Below are positions 58,111-64,000 of a stretch of DNA of 64,000 nucleotides, piece after piece. The position numbers were made by a program, and so were the translations under genes. Below the pieces are notes generated by a model. The model was not told the origin of the DNA and did not search any database. It was given only the letters and a program-made list of their open reading frames with translations. This DNA is from Octopus vulgaris (lineage: Eukaryota), in contig OX597826.1 of NCBI GenBank assembly GCA_951406725.2, positions 81,778,001 to 81,842,000 on the forward strand, given 5' to 3'. Each line of letters starts with the position of its first letter. Position 1 is the first letter of the stretch.

Positions 58111-60995
58111 GGTATCCATATCCCCTCGAAAGAAGAGATGGAATGTGGCACGATAAGTGAGTGCTCTGTCAGCCAGCGCGGGGAATTTGAAAGGGGTGAC
58201 AGACGACCCTTACTTGATGCTTTAAATTTTATTCATTACAGGACTTGTTAAAGGATTGCGTCACCCAAAGATGTAAATGCAACAGAGGCGGTGAAACGGT
58301 GCAATCGTGAGACTTGCATAAGCTTGAAAATAAACTTGGAGCAAATTAGAATAAGCTCGAAGCAAGTTCAAATAACTTCGGAGGAAATAAAATCATTTCT
58401 TTCCAATTTATTCAACAAAGCAATCAAGCCGTATTTCTATTTTGTCAAACGCTTAACAAATTATTCTTTCATTTTGACCGCCATTTTACAGAAATATCAA
58501 AAGCGTTTTCATGAGTTCGTTAGAATCCTTTACTTTTGAAATGCAAAACGCAATTACTTTCGTTGTAAACATACACGTTTCAATGAAACCATTCTTAACG
58601 AAAATGTCGCCGCAGTCTGCTGCGGTGCAGTCATTCGATGCATTCAATATAAACGTTTATAAATGTTCTTTAATGGTTCTTTAATGTTAACCATTCAAAT
58701 TGCTGCTCTTGGTTTTGTCTCAGACACCTTCATGGTACAAATACGATGTATACATTTTCAGTGGTAAATAATATGAACATCTCGTACAGCAAAGAATGGC
58801 TCCCCAGTCTTGTCCGACACCAGACATAAATGCACACACATAGATTTCCTGAGACTATTTATGTGGGCTTGGTTCACTTCCTTGTCTGGCAACAAATGGG
58901 GTAATAATATATGTTGCATGAAAAGGTATCATGGCTTTCGGGCTGGTTTTTGTCAAATGATAAAAAAAAATTCGGATTTGAAATGAATAACTTTAAGTTG
59001 GAACAATTAAAAATAATTGACAACTACGAAGTTTTACTTCAATATCTTTTCTTTGATTTGCTCTGAGATTATTTTATTTCGAGAATACTGTAATAAACTA
59101 CGATTTCTAAAAACAACCTTGATTTTTAACAGAAATAGCACCGAATTCGTTTTAATATTTTTCTGGGGATATTTTGTATTTGAGATAGTATAGATGACAC
59201 CCGTGATACAAAGGGCCCGCCTTGAAACACAGTGTCACGCCGAGTCGGCTTAAGACTTGTGTAAAGAGTGTATATGTCTTTAGAATAGTGGCTTACACGT
59301 TAATTTCATACAGTTCATCAAACAACTTAATTCTCATTCCCCACGTCCACTGATAAACTATTACCGTTGGCCGGTCATTTTTGCCCCAAGCATTGATCGA
59401 GTGTAACAGAAATCATTAATTCCTTTCCTATTCGCAGTCATCTGTCGTTTAGTTTCATTACGTCTCAAATCTTCTTTGTGTCAGTCAACAATAGAAAATA
59501 TATGATTTCGACATTGCTTCTAAGTGTTATTTTCCCTTTCAACTACCAATGGTCTAAGTTCAAATTATGCGGATGTCCAGGTTAACCATAAAATATTTAC
59601 TAGCAATGGACGCCTACTTTCCTTTCGTAGAGCTGCTAGAAAGATAGTTAAGAGATCACAACTTTTCTCGTGTTAAACATTTTGCCGTTGTTGTTATTGT
59701 TGGTGGTAGTGTTGTTATTCAGCGTAGAACACAAAGGAAGCTTGTCACGATATCATAATTATAATACATTTCAAAAATATATATATCTCAGTAGATCATT
59801 CTTTGCATCGAATAAATCAAGAGAGAATATCTTGAGTCTCGGGTCGCTTTCATTAAATCTCCGCAAGATCTTCTTTTGAATGTTCATTGATGTCACAGAA
59901 TGTACTCCATAAATATCTTATGGGTTTCGGTAATATCTCACAAGAACAGCGGGATATTTACACCAATTAAACACTTAAAAGTATTCTCAGATCTTGTGGA
60001 ATCTTTCTCAATTTGACAGCTTATTGTCGTGTTGTATTTATCTGATAAGTCAGTAGATTATTTGAAAACACGTCAAACTCTAACCACGATATTTACTGTT
60101 TAATGCACTTCTTTCATATATACACACATACATACATTTATAATACACACACACGTAAACATACATAGATATGTGTATAAGTTTGTGCGCATAAAAGTTA
60201 ATATCTTAATCACTGCGTGGTGGTAAGGATGGCCTTCCGTTCTATGTTTATGCTTGTAGCGTTGTGGCCCAAGAGGGAGATTTATGCATTTCGATATCTT
60301 TATATTTGTGTGTATTTGGGCAGAGTAAGCAGTATTGTCGGTCGGACGGTTCAGTATTATGATTCCCATGTGGAAAAACAGGATTTACAAGATCTAGTAA
60401 CATTCGTGTGTGACTTGCAGAATCATACACATGCTTATATTTACAGCATCTCAACCCCTGGGCATATGCCACTCCATATGTGTGTCCCATTCTGAGTGTG
60501 TGTGTATGTATCTCGGCCTGCCCTCTCTTTCCCTCTCACTGTGCCTTTCTCTCTCCATTCATATATATATAAGTATATACATGTCTGCGTGCGGTTTCCT
60601 TTTACGCCAAGTCACGTGTGTGCGTTCACACACATACATACACACACTCTCTCTCTTTCTCTCTCTCTTTTAGGTCAAGTAATACATCGGAATAATTCTG
60701 AATTAAATAGAAGGATTACTTATTACTTTTTAATAGACTACATATTTATTTTTTTTAAAGAAAATATTGACAGGGATTTCGAAGTCCAATGTAAGAAATC
60801 AAGTGACAAGTCGAAGTCATTGTCAAACTTTTCTTCGTAACAGTTTACAAGCATATCCACAGGCAAACTTGATATGCTTCAGATTGGACCGTCAGGGGGA
60901 GCCCTAAGCGTAATACCATGTTAATGGACTAAGAAGAGAACAGGAATTATATAAAAACATTTCAAGCTTTGATTTCACTGTTTCCTCAAAGCAGA

Positions 60996-61046
<51 letters not shown>

Positions 61047-61049
<3 letters not shown>

Positions 61050-61182
61050 TCGCCATGATAGATCGTTAGCCACTACACACATTTTTTTCTCTCCTTGTTT
61101 TTTCTGTGTCCCTTTCTGTAGAAGAGCGTAGGCTCGAAACGTAAAAGACTGTTTCTATTCCTGAGCGTTATACTAATACATC
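61047..61182 (+). mobile_element. Partial Penelope-like terminal repeat with hammerhead-like motif (61111-61147)
   Basis: Reverse-complement homolog of 41978-42085 and 24015-24160. It begins at a (TA)n run. Confidence 0.8.
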
Positions 61183-61204
61183 AGTATGATATGGCAAGGG
61201 ATTA

Positions 61205-61263
<59 letters not shown>

Positions 61264-61266
<3 letters not shown>

Positions 61267-61448
61267 TAATCCCTTGCCATATCGCGATTAACCTATCGCG
61301 GTTTATCATTTAAACTTACGTAGATTCTTCCAAGGTGTTCTTTTGCATTTATAATAAAAAAATATACAGTACTGTTTCTACTTCGCGGATTTTCACCTAT
61401 CATGGGAGTTTTTGGAATGTAACACCCGCGATAGACGAGGGATTACTG
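61264..61448. mobile_element. pogo/Tigger-like MITE
   Basis: TIR CAGTAATCCCT...AGGGATTACTG with TA on both sides and no coding capacity. Confidence 0.85.
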
Positions 61449-61453
61449 TATAA

Positions 61454-61506
<53 letters not shown>

Positions 61507-61507
61507 A

Positions 61508-62892
61508 CACTGGGGGGAAAATGAAAAAAGGATTTGTGGTGCCTCAGGTTTTAGACCTGATTCTAGGCATATCCACTCCTACGAATAAGAATATGGCCTT
61601 CATTTCTTTCTAGCAGCTCAACTTTTTGAGATAATGTACAGCTGCCCACACGTGAATCTGAGACAGGCTGCCGACAGGATTATTACAGAATCAGAGATGG
61701 TCTGTAATGTATTTAACGAATACTTATTTAAATACAATGCGTACTTAAGATAGACTTTGTATTCAAATAAGTATCAAGGCATTTGTCAAATACACTATTG
61801 ACCATCTGTGATTCTATAAAGACCCTGTCGGCGACCTGTCTCAAATTCATGTGTAGGAATCCGTACTTGTCAATAGATGTATCTTTCATGAGCCTGTCAC
61901 AGCGTCTGTTTCTAGGATAGCAGAGGCATACTGGAAATGACAGAATATAGTCAGTCGAGGATTACCAGAATTTGGCAGTTTCAGAACATGATAGTAAGAG
62001 AAAAGAATGAAATTGTGGAACGACTGGTTGACCAGAATCAGATCATTTTACCAGCACTGCATATCAGATTAGGTTTAACGAAACAGCTTGTAAAGGCTCT
62101 GAACAAAGAAGGGGAGATACTTTGGCTACATCTGCAGGAAAGTTCCAGTGTTGAGCATGGAGAAGCTAAAAGCAGATACTTTTGAGAACTCACGGAAATC
62201 CACATTTCAAAGATTCAAAGAACAATGCTGAGGCAGATGCATGGTCTTCGTTCAATATGTTTGTAGAGAATTCTCTTGGGAACTATAAAACAGATAATTA
62301 CACTGAGTTAGTAGAGAGAATGCTGTCTTCTTTCTTCTGTCAGCTTGTCTGTACAATGAGTATCAAGGTGGATTGTCTCCACAGCCACTTGGATCGTTTC
62401 CCAGAAAAGCTTGGTAACCCAAGTGAAGAGCAGGGTAAATGATTCCACCAAGATTTAAGAACTATGGAAGAAAGATACCGGACAGACTGAGACACCCACA
62501 TGACGGTAGATTACTGCTGGTCCACCCGAAGGGATTGCTCTGGTGCAGCTCACCGCAAGAAGTCTTTGAAGCGCTGCTCGAGTGAAGGCTATCAATGACA
62601 ACTTTCTATGCTTGCTCCATTGTTATCTTATTCTCTGATGTAAATTCTTCATAAATAAAAGAAATCTACGCGTATGAATGTGTTTTATTAATCCAGAAGG
62701 CAAAAATAATGATCTGTAGACATCAGTCCTGGTATCCGATTGGTCGTGTGCGTTAAAATTAGGGGTTTATCATATCTCAGTAACCAGAGGTGATGGAAAA
62801 GAACAAACTGATGGCGTATTTATATTCAAAGACCAAAACTTACCTAAAAAAAGGTCTAATATCTTTGGCACCAATTTTCATGTTCCCCAGGG
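61508..62892 (+). mobile_element. Internally deleted Chapaev3-like (CMC superfamily) DNA transposon
   Basis: Peptides ILPALHIRLGLTKQLVKAL, MSIKVDCLHSHLDRFP, SEEQGK*FHQD and MTVDYCW. Imperfect TIRs CACTGGGG..ATGAAAA..GGTGCC and GGCACCAATTTTCATGTTCCCCAGGG. Confidence 0.8.
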
Positions 62893-63852
62893 TCATCAAT
62901 ACATCAATCAGTAGATGCACATTACAGCAATGCCGGATAAAATATCCAATGTGTTCATAAGTCAATGTATAGTTTAATAATAAATTAACATAAATTAACG
63001 TAAATTAACATATCCATGTGTCTACTTCTATTCCTCATACCTTTCACTTCCTCCCATCCTCTCCCTCTCTTTCAATACAGTTATATATTCCGAGTAAATT
63101 CTCTTTCCATTTATAATCCAGTTTCTGTGCTTCTGCATAATTAATATCACTCATAATTTATGTAAGAATATAATATAGTGTGTGTTTGTGTATATGTATA
63201 CATATAAGTGCACGTTTGATTGTGTGTGTGTGTGCGTTTTTGCGTGTGTGAATGTACGTACGAACGTACTTGCGTGTGTGTGTGTATGTGTGTGTGTGCG
63301 CGCGTACGTGTGTGTGCGTGCGTGTGTGCACGTGCATGCGTGTGTGTGTGTGCGCATCTGTTTGTCTATGTGTATCTAAGTATATATGTCGACGCAGCAA
63401 GCAACTGAAGATGGGATGATAACAACAAAAACATCAATAACAACAATATGGGGACACCATCGACAACAACAATAGTATCAACATGAACCAGAATTAGAAA
63501 GATGAAAAGAATATCACTAACAAAGGTTACATGGACGACAACGACGCCATCTACAATGTTTCTTCTAAAACCAAACATCACCGCCGCGAACATCAACACA
63601 ACCATTAACCTCGGCAACCATTATCCTCATCATTATCAACCATCTTTGGCAAATAAAAAAAATACAAGTCTCAAAATATAAAGCAATCAAATAAAACATC
63701 AGACCAAACAAACGTTGTGAAAGATGCATGAGGTGTGTAGTTGTGGTAGCAACGATATTGCTCATGAAGGCGGTGGTGGTGGTGTCTTTGGTTCTGCTGG
63801 GTTTGGGGGTGTGAGTGTTGGCGGTTGAGAGTGGAAAGCATTTTCGACTTAC

Positions 63853-64000
63853 CGCTGTTGGTAGATTTGTACTTGAGTGAAAATCCTTCCCGTTCGATGG
63901 TATTGTCCGTGTGGAAGTAGATGTAAGCATAACGCCCAATGTTATTGACGTTGATGGAGCTCTGACCGCATCTGTGATCAAGAAGCTCACCCGATCGATC
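63853..64000 (-). CDS. Coding exon cut by the window edge, C-terminal half of a CUB domain, phase-1 donor
   Basis: An open frame from 64000 reads DRSGELLDHRCGQSSINVNNIGRYAYIYFHTDNTIEREGFSLKYKSTNS, then G|GTAAGT. This matches the CUB motif CG...FxTD....GFxxxY. Confidence 0.88.

Overview
AT-rich, microsatellite-dense animal genomic DNA. The repeat content suggests an octopus (coleoid cephalopod), but that assignment is an inference. Two minus-strand exons missed by the ORF track encode CUB-domain halves: 63853-64000 (C-terminal half, phase-1 GTAAGT donor) and 503-596 (N-terminal part, phase-1 acceptor). Most of the window is therefore probably one ~63 kb intron, or the spacer between two tandem CUB genes. 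The interval holds decayed LINEs (L1/Tx1, two CR1, RTE, R4/Dong), a Penelope-like GIY-YIG fragment, DNA transposons (mariner, Chapaev3-like, a pogo/Tigger-like MITE) and several tRNA-derived SINE families. The most unusual signal is six hammerhead-ribozyme motifs in three unrelated repeat families: a canonical hammerhead in the loop of a ~170 bp fold-back, a tRNA-headed SINE with a hammerhead in its tail present as an inverted dimer, and a Penelope terminal-repeat family with a recurring non-canonical core. Almost all long ORFs in the supplied track are microsatellite artefacts. All alignments and folds were done by eye.
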